The notes under the pieces: model-generated
Told to the model about the DNA's origin: nothing
Seen by the model: the letters and a program-made list of their open reading frames with translations, nothing else
Database searches by the model: none
Origin: Candidatus Wolfebacteria bacterium RIFOXYD12_FULL_48_21
Lineage (GTDB): Bacteria; Patescibacteriota; Minisyncoccia; UBA6257; UBA9933
Length of the DNA: 64,000 bases
Assembly (NCBI GenBank): GCA_001793945.1
Contig: MGIW01000006.1
Coordinates: forward strand, 1,584 to 65,583
Reading direction: 5' to 3'
Position numbers and translations under genes: made by a program
In this document: positions 35,843 to 46,141 of the stretch, one piece after another
Layout: each line of letters begins with the position of its first letter
How positions within the stretch are numbered: the stretch's first letter is position 1

Positions 35843-37114
35843 ATGCAGCGCATTTATTTGGACAATGCGGCGACCACGCCGCTGGATAGCGAAGTAAAAC
35901 AGGCCATGGAGCCTTATTTTGGCGATACATACGGCAATCCGAACTCGTTGCATTGGTTCGGCCAGCAGGCGCGGGCGGCCGTTGACCGGGCACGCGAAAC
36001 GATCGCCAACGCCATTGGTTCCCGATTTAGAGAGGTCATTTTTACCGGGTCGGCGACCGAAGCGAACAACTTGGCAATACGGGGTGCCATTATGCATGCG
36101 CGTGAGACTTTTAACAAAATTGCCGATGGCCGGCCTATGAAGGTTATTGTTTCGACCATAGAGCATGATTCCATTTTGGCCGCCGTGCGGGACATTGAAA
36201 AAGAAGGTGTGGAGGTGGTGCGCATTCCGGTCGATGGCCGTGGATTTGTGGATGTGCAAAAACTTGAGGCGGCGCTCGACGAACGCACCGTGCTGGTATC
36301 GATCATGTATGCGAACAACGAGATTGGGTCCATACAGCCGATCAAAGAAATCGCGAATATACTTAAAAAGTTTCGCGAACGGGAACATGCGTTGCCCTAT
36401 TATCCGCTATTGCATACCGACGCGGTGCAGGCGTTTCAATTTTTGGATTGCACTGTCGATGAACTGGGTGTCGATTTGATGACGCTTTCGGCACATAAGC
36501 TCTACGGACCGAAAGGCATCGGTGCGTTGTATGCACGCACCATGAATACGGTCATGCACGCAAAGGACAACCGCGTCCACATGATACGCCCTCGCGTATC
36601 GGGAGGCGGGCAGGAGTTTGGCATGCGTTCAGGCACGGAAAATGTGGCCGCCATCGCGGGCTTCGCGAAAGCGGTTGAACTGGCGCAAGTGCATCGCACC
36701 AATGAGGGGGAGCGACTTGTGGGATTGCAAAAACGCTTGTGGATTGGGATTCAGGATGCATGCCCCGAAGCAATCATAAACGGGGTTGAAGTGGATTCCC
36801 GCCTCCGCGGGAATGACAGAGGGGAGGGTGGGAATGACAATACAAAAGAGATGACGCTCCCGAACATTCTTAATGTACATGTGCCCGGTAAAAAGGGAGG
36901 GGATCTGCTCATCGCGCTCGATATGCGCGGCATTGCGGTTTCCAGTGGGTCCGCATGCGCGGCATTTTCCGCAAAGCCGTCCCATGTGCTTATGGCACTT
37001 GGGTTTACCGATGCCCGCGCGGGTGGCAGTCTGCGGTTCAGTTTCGGGCGCCACACGACCCAGGAGGACATCGATGGCGCCGTTGAAGCGCTGCGTGCCG
37101 TTTTGCGGGCCTAA
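35843..37114 (+). CDS. iscS: cysteine desulfurase (IscS/NifS family, class V aminotransferase) carrying an in-frame 48-nt palindromic-repeat insertion
   Basis: MQRIYLDNAATTPLD..., PLP Lys in SAHKLYGPKGIGALY, active-site SSGSACA; insertion DSRLRGNDRGEGGNDN encoded by gattcccgcctccgcgggaatgacagaggggagggtgggaatgacaat. Confidence 0.85.
   Translation: MQRIYLDNAATTPLDSEVKQAMEPYFGDTYGNPNSLHWFGQQARAAVDRARETIANAIGSRFREVIFTGSATEANNLAIRGAIMHARETFNKIADGRPMKVIVSTIEHDSILAAVRDIEKEGVEVVRIPVDGRGFVDVQKLEAALDERTVLVSIMYANNEIGSIQPIKEIANILKKFREREHALPYYPLLHTDAVQAFQFLDCTVDELGVDLMTLSAHKLYGPKGIGALYARTMNTVMHAKDNRVHMIRPRVSGGGQEFGMRSGTENVAAIAGFAKAVELAQVHRTNEGERLVGLQKRLWIGIQDACPEAIINGVEVDSRLRGNDRGEGGNDNTKEMTLPNILNVHVPGKKGGDLLIALDMRGIAVSSGSACAAFSAKPSHVLMALGFTDARAGGSLRFSFGRHTTQEDIDGAVEALRAVLRA
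36794..36841. repeat. palindromic GGAATGACA element embedded in frame in iscS-like CDS
   Basis: sequence identical in style to intergenic copies (cf. 46040-46101, 33062-33123). Confidence 0.8.
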
Positions 37115-37243
37115 GGGTTGCGGCATTGCGATTTGTGCGGTTTATTGCTAAGGTTTGCAGTACTCTTTTTCGGGCTATTAGCGTTGTGCTATAGTATAAT
37201 AGTAGAAAGAAAACATAACACTCTATCGATATTTTAGGTTTAC

Positions 37244-39910
37244 ATGAATAATTTTAATCGGTTTACAATCAAGGCACAGGAAGCGTTGCAGAACGCGCAG
37301 GATTTCGCCGCGAAAGAAAACCACGGCGAACTCAAGGCGCTCCATTTGTTGGTGGCGCTCGTGAGCGATGAAAGTACATTGGTGCGGCCGTTGCTTGCCA
37401 AGGCGGGTGTGAGTTCCGACGATGTGCGCTCCGAAGCCATCGTGGAATTGATGAACGAGCCCAAGGCCATGGGCAATGTTAATTTGTCGCAGTTGTATCT
37501 GTCGCAGGAATTGATGAATATCCTCGACAAGGCGGGGAAGATCGCCCAGCATCAAAAGGATGAATATATTTCATGCGAGCATTTGTTGCTCGCCATTCTT
37601 GAAGCAGGGTCGTCGAAAGCGTCCCGTATTTTGGTAACGCTCGGGTTGAAGCGCGACGCGGCCATTCGCATTTTGGCGCAGTTGCGCGGTTCTTCGCGGG
37701 TTACCGATGAAACGCCGGAAACAAAGTTTCAGGTTCTCGAAAAGTACGGCGTCAACCTTACCGACATGGCGCGGGACGGCAAGCTTGACCCGGTCATCGG
37801 CCGCGATGAAGAATTGCGCCGTGTGATACAGGTGCTGAGCCGCCGCACGAAAAACAATCCGGTATTGATCGGCGAACCGGGCGTCGGAAAAACGGCGGTC
37901 GTTGAAGGCCTCGCACAGCGCATCATTACGGGCGATGTCCCCGAGCCGCTGAAAGGAAAAGAAATAGTCATGCTTGATCTTGGTTCGCTGATCGCGGGAA
38001 CAAAGTTTCGCGGTGAATTTGAAGACCGCCTGAAGGCGTTCATGCGCGAAGTGCAAAACTCCGCAGGGCGCATCATTTTGTTCATAGACGAGATCCACAT
38101 GATCGTAGGCGCAGGCGCCGCAGAGGGCGCCATCGATGCATCGAACTTGCTGAAGCCGCCATTGGCGCGCGGAGAATTGCATGCCATTGGTGCAACGACC
38201 ATCACTGAATACCAGCGGCATATCGAAAAGGATATGGCGCTTGAGCGCCGGTTCCAGCCTATTATGGTTGAAGAACCTACTATTGAAGACAGTATCGCCA
38301 TTTTGCGTGGACTGAAAGGAAAATACGAATTGCACCACGGCATCCGCATCAGCGATGAAGCCATTGTGTCCGCGGTAAATTTGTCTGCCCGTTATTTGAC
38401 GGACCGCTTTTTGCCGGACAAAGCCATCGACCTGATCGATGAAGCGGCTGCGGCCCGCCGACTTGAATCTGAAAGTCTGCCGTCTGAAATAGACAAGGTG
38501 CGTCACGAGATCATTAAGCTGGAAATCGAAAAGTCCGCGCTGTCCACAGAGACCGCCGACAAGGCGAAGGTCCGTTTGAAGGCGATCGAAAAGGAGCTGA
38601 ACGCGCTCAAAGATCGCAACGATGAACTGTCTGCGAAGTGGCATGCCGAAAAGCTGACCTTCGAAGAGTTTCATAATTTGAAAAAGAAGATCGAAGACCT
38701 GCGTCGCCAGGCGGAGCTGGCCGAACGCGAGGGAAGTCTCGATAAGGTTGCAAAGATCCTCTACGGTGAATTGCCACAGGCGGAAAAGGACCTTAAGGTG
38801 TTTGAAAAGAAGTTTGTTGAAACCGGTAAACCAAAGGGAAAGAAAATAAAGGCAGGCGATGAAAAGTTCATCAAGGAGGCTATCGATGAACACGATGTTG
38901 CCGCCGTGGTTTCTAAGTGGACCCATATTCCGGTCATGAAGATGGTCGAGTCGGAAGCGAACAAACTTTCGACCATCGAAGACCAGCTGCGGGCTCGGGT
39001 CGTCGGGCAGGAAGATGCCGTCAAGGCCATCGCCAATGCCTTGCGCCGCGCCCGTACGGGCCTTTCCGATGAAAAGCGCCCGTTTGGTTCCTTTATGTTC
39101 TTGGGGCCCACGGGGGTTGGAAAAACGGAGCTTGCCAAGGCGCTTGCCGAAATCATGTTCAACGACGAAAGGGCGTTGGTCCGCGTGGACATGTCCGAAT
39201 ATATGGAACGGCACTCGGTGTCCCGTCTAATCGGTTCGCCCCCGGGCTATGTCGGCCACGAAGAGGGCGGCAAACTGACGGAAGCCATGCGTCATCGTCC
39301 ATACAGTCTTGTATTGTTCGATGAAATAGAAAAGGCGCACCCTGATGTGTTTAACATTCTGTTGCAGGTACTTGATGATGGCCGCTTGACCGACAGCAAA
39401 GGCAAGAGCGTGAACTTCAGGAACTCCATCATCATTCTTACATCGAATGTAGGCAGCGAATTCTTCCATGAAATGTCCAAGCTCGGGTTTGATACGGGTA
39501 AAGACGAAGAAGTTGTCGAGCGACAAGAAGAATTGTTCAAGGAGCGGGTCAACGCATCGTTGAAAGATACATTCCGTCCGGAGTTTCTGAACCGATTAGA
39601 CGAGATCATTGTGTTTAATCCGCTGACCCAAAAGGAAATAGGGGAGATCGTGGAAATACAGGTCAACGAGGTGCTGCGCAGACTTGCCCAGCGCAATCTG
39701 AATGTTACCATCGACGCGTCGGTGAAAAAGTACATTGCCGAGCACGGGTTTGATCCCGATTACGGCGCGCGGCCGATCAAGCGATTGATCCAAAAGACCA
39801 TCTTGGACCAGCTTGCCGATAAGATCATCAAAGGCGAATTCAACAATGTTAAAAAGATTAAGATCAGTTTCAAGGATCATCGTCTCAACATCGTTTCCGC
39901 TCGCGCTTAG
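37244..39910 (+). CDS. clpB: ATP-dependent chaperone ClpB (Hsp100, two AAA+ modules with M-domain)
   Basis: 888 aa; Clp_N repeats, Walker A GEPGVGKT and GPTGVGKT, coiled-coil middle domain. Confidence 0.9.
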   Translation: MNNFNRFTIKAQEALQNAQDFAAKENHGELKALHLLVALVSDESTLVRPLLAKAGVSSDDVRSEAIVELMNEPKAMGNVNLSQLYLSQELMNILDKAGKIAQHQKDEYISCEHLLLAILEAGSSKASRILVTLGLKRDAAIRILAQLRGSSRVTDETPETKFQVLEKYGVNLTDMARDGKLDPVIGRDEELRRVIQVLSRRTKNNPVLIGEPGVGKTAVVEGLAQRIITGDVPEPLKGKEIVMLDLGSLIAGTKFRGEFEDRLKAFMREVQNSAGRIILFIDEIHMIVGAGAAEGAIDASNLLKPPLARGELHAIGATTITEYQRHIEKDMALERRFQPIMVEEPTIEDSIAILRGLKGKYELHHGIRISDEAIVSAVNLSARYLTDRFLPDKAIDLIDEAAAARRLESESLPSEIDKVRHEIIKLEIEKSALSTETADKAKVRLKAIEKELNALKDRNDELSAKWHAEKLTFEEFHNLKKKIEDLRRQAELAEREGSLDKVAKILYGELPQAEKDLKVFEKKFVETGKPKGKKIKAGDEKFIKEAIDEHDVAAVVSKWTHIPVMKMVESEANKLSTIEDQLRARVVGQEDAVKAIANALRRARTGLSDEKRPFGSFMFLGPTGVGKTELAKALAEIMFNDERALVRVDMSEYMERHSVSRLIGSPPGYVGHEEGGKLTEAMRHRPYSLVLFDEIEKAHPDVFNILLQVLDDGRLTDSKGKSVNFRNSIIILTSNVGSEFFHEMSKLGFDTGKDEEVVERQEELFKERVNASLKDTFRPEFLNRLDEIIVFNPLTQKEIGEIVEIQVNEVLRRLAQRNLNVTIDASVKKYIAEHGFDPDYGARPIKRLIQKTILDQLADKIIKGEFNNVKKIKISFKDHRLNIVSARA

Positions 39911-39980
39911 GGCGGGGAGATATTTTGGCAAAACAGCCACCGCTTCCGCGTCGCGTCTTGCGCGGCGGTTGCGGTTGCCT

Positions 39981-40721
39981 ATGTTGATGCCCTCCATCAT
40001 AAAGTCGGCGTTGTTTGCGATCGCACTTGCGGTCGCCGTGTTTGAGGGCGGATTCTTTTGGGGAGCGGTTTTCTTCGGACTTGCGTTCTACTGGTACTTT
40101 CGCTCGTCATTCGAATGGGGCACATTCTTTTGCTCGTTCCTCATCTTGACATTGTATGCGTATCTCGACACTTCGTTTCTGTATTATGCGACGGAAACGA
40201 ATGTTTCTTCGGGCGTTGCACCGGTATGGCTTGCATCCGCGTTGTTTGGCGCCCTATTTTTTCTATTGCTCGGCATTAAGGAATTTGTGTTCTTGCGGCG
40301 ACAGGCCATCTTCAATTTTCTTTCCGGCTCACTTTACTTCTTTGTCGGCGGCACATTTTTCGTAGCCGATAAAGACGCCGGTGGTCCGTTTCTTTTATAC
40401 GCGTTGCTTTCATCGGTGGTGTTTTACCTGCTCATAAAGGAATCTATTGATTTTTTCATGGAAGATGCGCCAAAGCGCAAAAAGGAAGTGCTCGCCATCG
40501 GTTCGACCTTGTTGATCATGGAGTTCCTCGGTGTCGTCGGCATATTGCCGATCGGGTTCCTTAATTCCGCGGCATTGATCGTGCTGATCGTATTCGTTTT
40601 TGAGGATCTTATTTATCATCACTTGAAAGGAGCTCTTAGCCGGCAGATTGTGTTGAACAATGCGACTATTTTGATCGTTTGTTTGTTATTTATCTTTGCC
40701 ACATCAAAATTGACCCTGTAG
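39981..40721 (+). CDS. hypothetical polytopic membrane protein (start moved downstream of clpB stop)
   Basis: 6-7 TM helices; no family recognised. Confidence 0.35.
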   Translation: MLMPSIIKSALFAIALAVAVFEGGFFWGAVFFGLAFYWYFRSSFEWGTFFCSFLILTLYAYLDTSFLYYATETNVSSGVAPVWLASALFGALFFLLLGIKEFVFLRRQAIFNFLSGSLYFFVGGTFFVADKDAGGPFLLYALLSSVVFYLLIKESIDFFMEDAPKRKKEVLAIGSTLLIMEFLGVVGILPIGFLNSAALIVLIVFVFEDLIYHHLKGALSRQIVLNNATILIVCLLFIFATSKLTL

Positions 40722-40817
40722 GGGGGGTATTTTGGGGAGTTTGACCGAGTGGGCGGAATGGCAAATAGCCCCATTCCACGGCTTTATTCTTTATACGGTA
40801 TACCGTATACTAAGCGT

Positions 40818-41792
40818 ATGGCCAGGGTTATTGCGGTATACAACCAAAAGGGGGGAGTGGCAAAAACGACGACATGTGTAAACCTGTCGGCGTACCTGGC
40901 GCTTGAAGGAAAAAAAGTCTTGTTGATTGATTTTGATCCGCAGGCCAATGCGAGTTCCGGTTTGGGCCATCCTGCAAAATTGAATGAGGGCAGTATTTAT
41001 CACGGCTTGTTCGGTCTTGCCGAGCCCGATGCGCTCACCAAGCCGACCATTTTTTATAATTACCATCTTATCCCGTCGAGCCAGCATCTTGCTGGTGCGC
41101 TTATCGAATTGGTAAACATCCCTGAGCGGGAGCATAAGTTGCGACAGTTTATCGACAAGATACGCGACAAATATGACTATATATTCATCGACATGCCGCC
41201 GTCTTTGAGCCTGTTGACCATCAACGGGTTGGTTGCTGCCGACGAAATAGTCATTCCGGTGCAGAGTCATTACTTTAGTATGGAAGGGTTGAGTCAGTTG
41301 CTCGAGATTATCGAACTGGTTCATAAAAATATTTCCACACGGGGGCTAAAGGTATCGGGTGCCGTCATGACCATGTTCGACGAAAACGAACCGTTGTCCC
41401 ATAAGATCGCCGGCGACATTGCGGCGAGTTTTCCACATAATGTCTTTAAGACGCGCATCCCGCGTTCCTCCGCCCTTTCCGAGGCGCCGAGCTATGGTCG
41501 CCCGGTCATTTTGCACGATCCAAACTCCACCGGTGCGCGTGCATACGAACAACTCGCAAAAGAATTGATCGCGCAGGAAACGCCCAAGCAGTTTCAGATG
41601 CCCAGTCAAATGGTTTCCGCGGTCGAGCCAAAGCAAGAACAGATCGTAACCCCGTTGCCAAACGAATCGGATATTTTGATAGACATAAAACCGCAGTCGC
41701 AGCCTGAGCAACCACCCGTTGTAGCGACGGAAGCTCCGATCCGTGATGAAGCCCTTCGACAGGCTCAGGGTGATTCCACTTTTTATTTTTAG
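40818..41792 (+). CDS. parA: chromosome partitioning ATPase ParA/Soj with long Pro/Gln-rich C-terminal extension
   Basis: MARVIAVYNQKGGVAKTTT deviant Walker A; start moved to this Met. Confidence 0.8.
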   Translation: MARVIAVYNQKGGVAKTTTCVNLSAYLALEGKKVLLIDFDPQANASSGLGHPAKLNEGSIYHGLFGLAEPDALTKPTIFYNYHLIPSSQHLAGALIELVNIPEREHKLRQFIDKIRDKYDYIFIDMPPSLSLLTINGLVAADEIVIPVQSHYFSMEGLSQLLEIIELVHKNISTRGLKVSGAVMTMFDENEPLSHKIAGDIAASFPHNVFKTRIPRSSALSEAPSYGRPVILHDPNSTGARAYEQLAKELIAQETPKQFQMPSQMVSAVEPKQEQIVTPLPNESDILIDIKPQSQPEQPPVVATEAPIRDEALRQAQGDSTFYF

Positions 41793-41802
41793 ATACACGC
41801 GA

Positions 41803-41892
41803 TTGTCATTCCGAGCGAAGAAGTACTCTTCGTAGTCGAGGAATCTGCTTTATGACTTCAGATTCCTCGACAAGCTCGGAATGACAATACAC
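41803..41892. repeat. palindromic element pair (ttgtcattccgagcgaagaagtactcttcgtagtcgaggaatctg...cagattcctcgacaagctcggaatgacaat)
   Basis: direct reading. Confidence 0.8.
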
Positions 41893-41912
41893 AAGCATTT
41901 AACTCATTAATC

Positions 41913-43295
41913 ATGATAGGACAGGGACTTAATTCATTAATACCGCCAAGGGAACCGCAACGCCCCGAGCAGCCCGCTGGACAAGCGCAGGGCTCAACCC
42001 TTCGGCAAGCTCAGGACATGGCGCAACCACAGGTACCGCAAGCGCAGCCTCAAGTGCCTGTTTCTGCTATTCCTGCTCCAAACCTCTCACCGTCCATTCG
42101 ACAAGCTCAGGATGCTCCGCGAATAGCGGAAGTGATCCATGTGGACCCGGAACAGATGCGGGCCGATGAGCATGCCGAGATTTCGATCAAAGCAATACGC
42201 GAAGCGGGCGAACATCCGAATGTCGTGGGTATCGAAGTGACCCCGCAGGAACGCGAAGTATTTTTTGCGGACCAGCGACGCGAAAATATCCCAGTCGATT
42301 CCGCATATGCCATGGATCAGCCAAGCGTAGTTGGTGTGCGCATCTCCGAGCAAGACCGCGCCGACATTGCACGCGATGTTGCGTATCATACGCTTGCGCA
42401 AGATGATTCCGAATTTGCCGCAACCAAGCGGGCGGTTGGGTTTTCTAAAAAAACGGCGCTTCACGATGCTATCTTTCACATAGAGGTAGACAAGATCAAG
42501 CCGAACCCGTACCAGCCACGCAAGCATTTTGACGAGGGCGCGTTGAAGGACCTTGCAAGCTCCATTCGTGAGTTTGGCATTTTGCAGCCGTTGGTCGTTT
42601 CCAAGATAGAAACGGAAACCGACAGCGGAACAAAAGTAGAGTACCAGCTCATCGCGGGGGAGCGCCGATTGATGGCGTCGAAGCGTGCCGGCTTGGAGCG
42701 TGTGCCGGTCATCATCCGTCAGGCCGCGGAGCGCGCCGAACAGCTCGAGCTTGCCATCATCGAAAACCTCCAGCGCGAAAACTTGGACACCATTGAAATG
42801 GCGCGTTCATACGCGCGGTTGCAGGATGAATTTGGCATGACCCAGCGTGAGGTGGCCGCCCGGCTTGGCAAGAGCCGCGAGGTCATCGGCAACGCATTGC
42901 GGTTGTTGAGCTTGCCGGTAGAAATACAAGATGCGTTGGCGCACAATCAGATCAACGAAAGCCAAGCTCGATTGCTGCTTTCCATTCCGAACATGACGGT
43001 GCAGAAGCAACTATTTGCCGACCTGTTGACCAAAAACTTCAGTGTGCGCGAACTGAAGGCGAAAATAAAGAACATTCATAACCCGCCCATGCCACAGGGC
43101 GCACGGGTTGATTTTGCCGGCCAACAGGGCGAAGACCTCGAAATGCGCGACTTGCAAAATAGACTCAAAAGCGCCCTGGGCACCGATGTGCGCATAGACA
43201 AGCGCGGCGACAGCGGCAAGATCGTAATCAGCTTCTATTCCCCCGAGGAATTGTACGGAGTTGTGAAGAGGATAAACCCGGGAGGGGAGATATAA
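41913..43295 (+). CDS. parB: chromosome partitioning protein ParB/Spo0J with disordered N-terminal extension
   Basis: ParB box GERRLMASKRAG, HTH region QREVAARLGKSREVIGNALRLL. Confidence 0.8.
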   Translation: MIGQGLNSLIPPREPQRPEQPAGQAQGSTLRQAQDMAQPQVPQAQPQVPVSAIPAPNLSPSIRQAQDAPRIAEVIHVDPEQMRADEHAEISIKAIREAGEHPNVVGIEVTPQEREVFFADQRRENIPVDSAYAMDQPSVVGVRISEQDRADIARDVAYHTLAQDDSEFAATKRAVGFSKKTALHDAIFHIEVDKIKPNPYQPRKHFDEGALKDLASSIREFGILQPLVVSKIETETDSGTKVEYQLIAGERRLMASKRAGLERVPVIIRQAAERAEQLELAIIENLQRENLDTIEMARSYARLQDEFGMTQREVAARLGKSREVIGNALRLLSLPVEIQDALAHNQINESQARLLLSIPNMTVQKQLFADLLTKNFSVRELKAKIKNIHNPPMPQGARVDFAGQQGEDLEMRDLQNRLKSALGTDVRIDKRGDSGKIVISFYSPEELYGVVKRINPGGEI

Positions 43296-43300
43296 AGCCT

Positions 43301-44047
43301 ATGTTTATAACGGGCCCGACATCGACAATTATTACCGGAGAAACTTTACTTGATTGGCAGCTAGAATGGTCAAGACATCTAAGCACACAATCAGTTGAGT
43401 ATCTCGGAATAGCTATTGGCGTGATAACCTTACTCGGTGGAGGTTTTTATTTCTTTTCCTTAAGACCTTTGGAAAAAGGGCTTGATGAGCAAGAAAAACA
43501 AATAGAAAATCAGAAAAAAGAAGTAGAGCGATTGATAAAGGAGGAAATAGAAAAAGCAAAGAAAGACATTAAAGCATTAGTTGTTGAATCAACGGTTAAA
43601 GATATTAGCATTGCTGTTTCTCAAAGCCGAGAGAGTATCGAAAAAGAGTTGAATGGAATTCGAACAAAATTAAGTTCATTAGATATTACGCGTGCCGAGC
43701 AAAGTAAAGAGGTGCAGTCAATAAAGAAGGATCAAGGTGCTACAAAAACTTATTTAAGAGATGTTGATTTTAGATTGCGAGACCTGGAAATATATAAATA
43801 CTCCAAGGAGGGGCAAATGGGTGCAATTTATGTCGCCATTGAAACAATTAAAAAGGCAATAGGGACGCTGGAGGATTGGCGCATCCCTTATCTGCTTGAT
43901 TCGCTTGAAAAGGAAATAGATGGCCTTACTCTTGATTTCGATATTAAGAACAAGATAGGGGATATATTATCCTCAATAGAGAATACAGAGCATAAACAGC
44001 TTACTGTAAAATTGCGTGGCATACTTAGAGAAAGCGAAAAGAAATAA
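43301..44047 (+). CDS. hypothetical coiled-coil protein with N-terminal TM helix
   Basis: 248 aa, heptad-rich, Lys/Glu-rich. Confidence 0.35.
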   Translation: MFITGPTSTIITGETLLDWQLEWSRHLSTQSVEYLGIAIGVITLLGGGFYFFSLRPLEKGLDEQEKQIENQKKEVERLIKEEIEKAKKDIKALVVESTVKDISIAVSQSRESIEKELNGIRTKLSSLDITRAEQSKEVQSIKKDQGATKTYLRDVDFRLRDLEIYKYSKEGQMGAIYVAIETIKKAIGTLEDWRIPYLLDSLEKEIDGLTLDFDIKNKIGDILSSIENTEHKQLTVKLRGILRESEKK

Positions 44048-44140
44048 TGCACCCCACTTACCACGCAATTGATGCGATGATAGAGGTGCCACTGGAGCCG
44101 GATCGGGGGATTTGTGCGAAGATATAAGATAAATACATAA

Positions 44141-44178
44141 ACGCCCCAGCCAGCCGAAAGGTCCGCTGGGGTTTTTGT
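44141..44178 (+). terminator. rho-independent terminator (ccccagccagccgaaaggtccgctgggg + T5)
   Basis: direct reading. Confidence 0.6.
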
Positions 44179-44229
44179 TTACGCATTCGATCTAATAGTA
44201 TTGACTTGCGATGTCGATAATTCGGGAGT

Positions 44230-44420
44230 GGACTCCTGCTTTGGAATGTACGCCTTGCGAAGGCGTACATATTGAATTTTGGGAGAAGGCCCTGTGTTGA
44301 TATGTACGCCTTGCGAAGGCATACATATTTGTTGTTATCTTTTGCGGTCGCAAAAGATAACAACAAAATGGAGGGGGGGGAGAGGGGGGGGTAAACATTC
44401 CGTCTTGCGATGACGGAAAA
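44230..44420. other. cluster of GNRA-capped hairpins (2 x atgtacgccttgcgaaggcRtacat; gttgttatcttttgcggtcgcaaaagataacaac; ccgtcttgcgatgacgg) plus G8-GAGAG-G8 tract; candidate structured ncRNA or compound terminator in convergent intergenic region
   Basis: direct reading; small minus-strand ORFs here (MYAFARRT...) are repeat artefacts. Confidence 0.3.
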
Positions 44421-44437
44421 TTATGTTAATAGGTGAT

Positions 44438-44487
44438 GGATTCCTCCGCCGGCCCTGCCTGCCGGCAGGCAGGTGGCGGACGGGAAT
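44438..44487. repeat. palindromic element (ccgccggccctgcctgccggcaggcaggtggcggacgggaatgacaa)
   Basis: near-identical to 30205-30239 module. Confidence 0.75.
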
Positions 44488-44561
44488 GACAAACATATGG
44501 GAATAAAAAACCCCGACTCTTGCGAGTCGGGGTGGTTATCAAAAAAGGGAACGGATGTCGG

Positions 44562-45905
44562 TCAGAGCGCGATGCCGAGCTCTTCGGTCATGACGCGCTT
44601 GAGTTCAGCTGCCGGATCGGGGGCTCGCAGAAATTGCCGGCCGGCGACGAGGTGTGTTGCTCCGTTTTTCAGTGCCTCGGCGTGGGTGACCACATTTTTT
44701 TGGTCATGTGTCTCCGCGCCGGGCGAACGCGTTCCGGGGGTAACGAATATCCGGCCGGGGAAGGTCGCGCGAAGCGCGGCTACTTCCTTTTTGCCCGAGC
44801 AGACAAAGCCGTGGCACCCGCCGTCTTCGCTTGCGATGGCTGCCAAGTTCTCTACCGTGCGGGGGCGTTTGTTCCCGTAGATCGTTTTGCATGCGTTGTC
44901 GTCCAACGAGGTAAGTGCCGTAACGGCCAACACCTTGGTGGGTGTGCCCGTGAATGCCTTCATGGCGGCGCGAACCATTTCGCTATTGCCGCTGGCATGC
45001 ACGGTGACCGCCCAGGGCGGGTGCTCCCGGTAACGCAGACAGGTGTTGTACACGGTTTCCGGGATGTCATGGCCTTTAAAGTCGACCATGACCTTGCCGT
45101 AGACGCCGATATCGCGGACGATGTGCGTGCGATGTTGATCGTGCAACAGGTCGTTGATCTTGAAGATTGAACCGGACGGCCGAAGCACATCGATGAGCGG
45201 GAGGATTTCCTCCCATGGTTTGCCGTCGAGCGAGACGATGAACGGGTTCTTTGCTTCCATCGCGGGGTCGCACCGTCGCATGAGTTTGAAGGTGTCGATG
45301 ACATGGCGACGGACGGTGTGCAGATCGGTGGCTGACCAGACGGGCATGTTGATGCCGAGCTGAGCGAACTTTTGCTTCCAGCCCTGCTGTCGATCGACCA
45401 TGACGATCAAATACGGCATGATTCCCATCGCAGAGAGTGCGAAGTAGGGAGCAGCTTTCGAGCCGCCATCGGTGATGACGTCGTCGAAAATCGCTACCCG
45501 GTCGCTCGGCTTTATATCGCCGATAATGAGCCCTTTCGTTGCGCGCCCTTCCTTTGCTTGTTCACGGATGGTGATCATAGGCAGGCGCGTGCGCTCGGCT
45601 ATGGAGCCGGTCAGATGACTTACTGCTTGGGGTATGTCCGCAAAGCGGTTGACCCCCAGGCGTGTCATTGCCGGAGCATAGAGACTGGCGAGGAACGCGG
45701 TCGCTTCGTGATTGTTGCGGGAATCACGGATGTTGATGTAGATGTCCGTGAAGCCGCCCTTTTTCAGGGGCAGGTCTCGTGCGTTGGACAGCTTAAGCAG
45801 TCCGTAGTAAGCGAGGCCTGCCACGAGCTGTTTCTGCTCCGACGGGTCCAAGAAATGGCCCACCGGAAAATCGGGATTGTATAACGCCTCTTTGAGATTC
45901 GTCAA
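44562..45905 (-). CDS. bifunctional orotate phosphoribosyltransferase / orotidine-5'-phosphate decarboxylase (PyrE-PyrF fusion)
   Basis: N-terminal PRPP-binding motif VAIFDDVITDGGS; C-terminal ODCase region ALTSLDD...IFVTPGTRSPG. Confidence 0.7.
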   Translation of the reverse strand: MTNLKEALYNPDFPVGHFLDPSEQKQLVAGLAYYGLLKLSNARDLPLKKGGFTDIYINIRDSRNNHEATAFLASLYAPAMTRLGVNRFADIPQAVSHLTGSIAERTRLPMITIREQAKEGRATKGLIIGDIKPSDRVAIFDDVITDGGSKAAPYFALSAMGIMPYLIVMVDRQQGWKQKFAQLGINMPVWSATDLHTVRRHVIDTFKLMRRCDPAMEAKNPFIVSLDGKPWEEILPLIDVLRPSGSIFKINDLLHDQHRTHIVRDIGVYGKVMVDFKGHDIPETVYNTCLRYREHPPWAVTVHASGNSEMVRAAMKAFTGTPTKVLAVTALTSLDDNACKTIYGNKRPRTVENLAAIASEDGGCHGFVCSGKKEVAALRATFPGRIFVTPGTRSPGAETHDQKNVVTHAEALKNGATHLVAGRQFLRAPDPAAELKRVMTEELGIAL

Positions 45906-46002
45906 TTGCTACTCCTCCTGTGTTTTTTTGATAAAAATTGTTGTTGGGTACTGGATTACTTATGACATATAATTTTAGAAATGTAAAGACCATAATGCGG
46001 GG

Positions 46003-46101
46003 CAGATTCCTCGTCCGCCGGCTGGCGGATCGGAATGGCAATGCAACATGCTGGATTCCCGCCTCCGCGGGAATGACAGAGAGATGGATGGGAATGACAC
46101 C
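46003..46101. repeat. palindromic elements (cagattcctcgtccgccggctggcggatcggaatggcaat; gattcccgcctccgcgggaatgacagagagatggatgggaatgacac)
   Basis: direct reading; forms spurious N-terminal extension of ORF 45938.. Confidence 0.8.
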
Positions 46102-46141
46102 AATAGAGAAATTGGTGTGGCAAAAGTGGTATACTTATGAC

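Noticed and set aside
37571-39214. 547-aa minus-strand ORF antisense to clpB
   Set aside because: It overlaps a strongly conserved ClpB CDS, has no motifs, and is typical of a shadow ORF in GC-moderate coding DNA. The same applies to the antisense ORFs at 856..2052 (inside the ThDP enzyme), 13423..14448, 14612..15304, 27758..28960 (mirror of the SBBP repeats), 33708..34337, 46135..47010, 46931..47935 and 50387..51022.
44058-44398. Two small minus-strand ORFs with repeated MYAFARRT peptide
   Set aside because: They are translations of the duplicated atgtacgccttgcgaaggcgtacat hairpins. This is a repeat artefact rather than a protein.
44230-44420. tmRNA or SRP RNA in the hairpin-rich convergent spacer
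   Set aside because: No tRNA-like acceptor or T-arm (tmRNA), and no SRP domain IV motif (GGAA/AGCA symmetric loop) could be found. The region is kept only as a candidate structured element.
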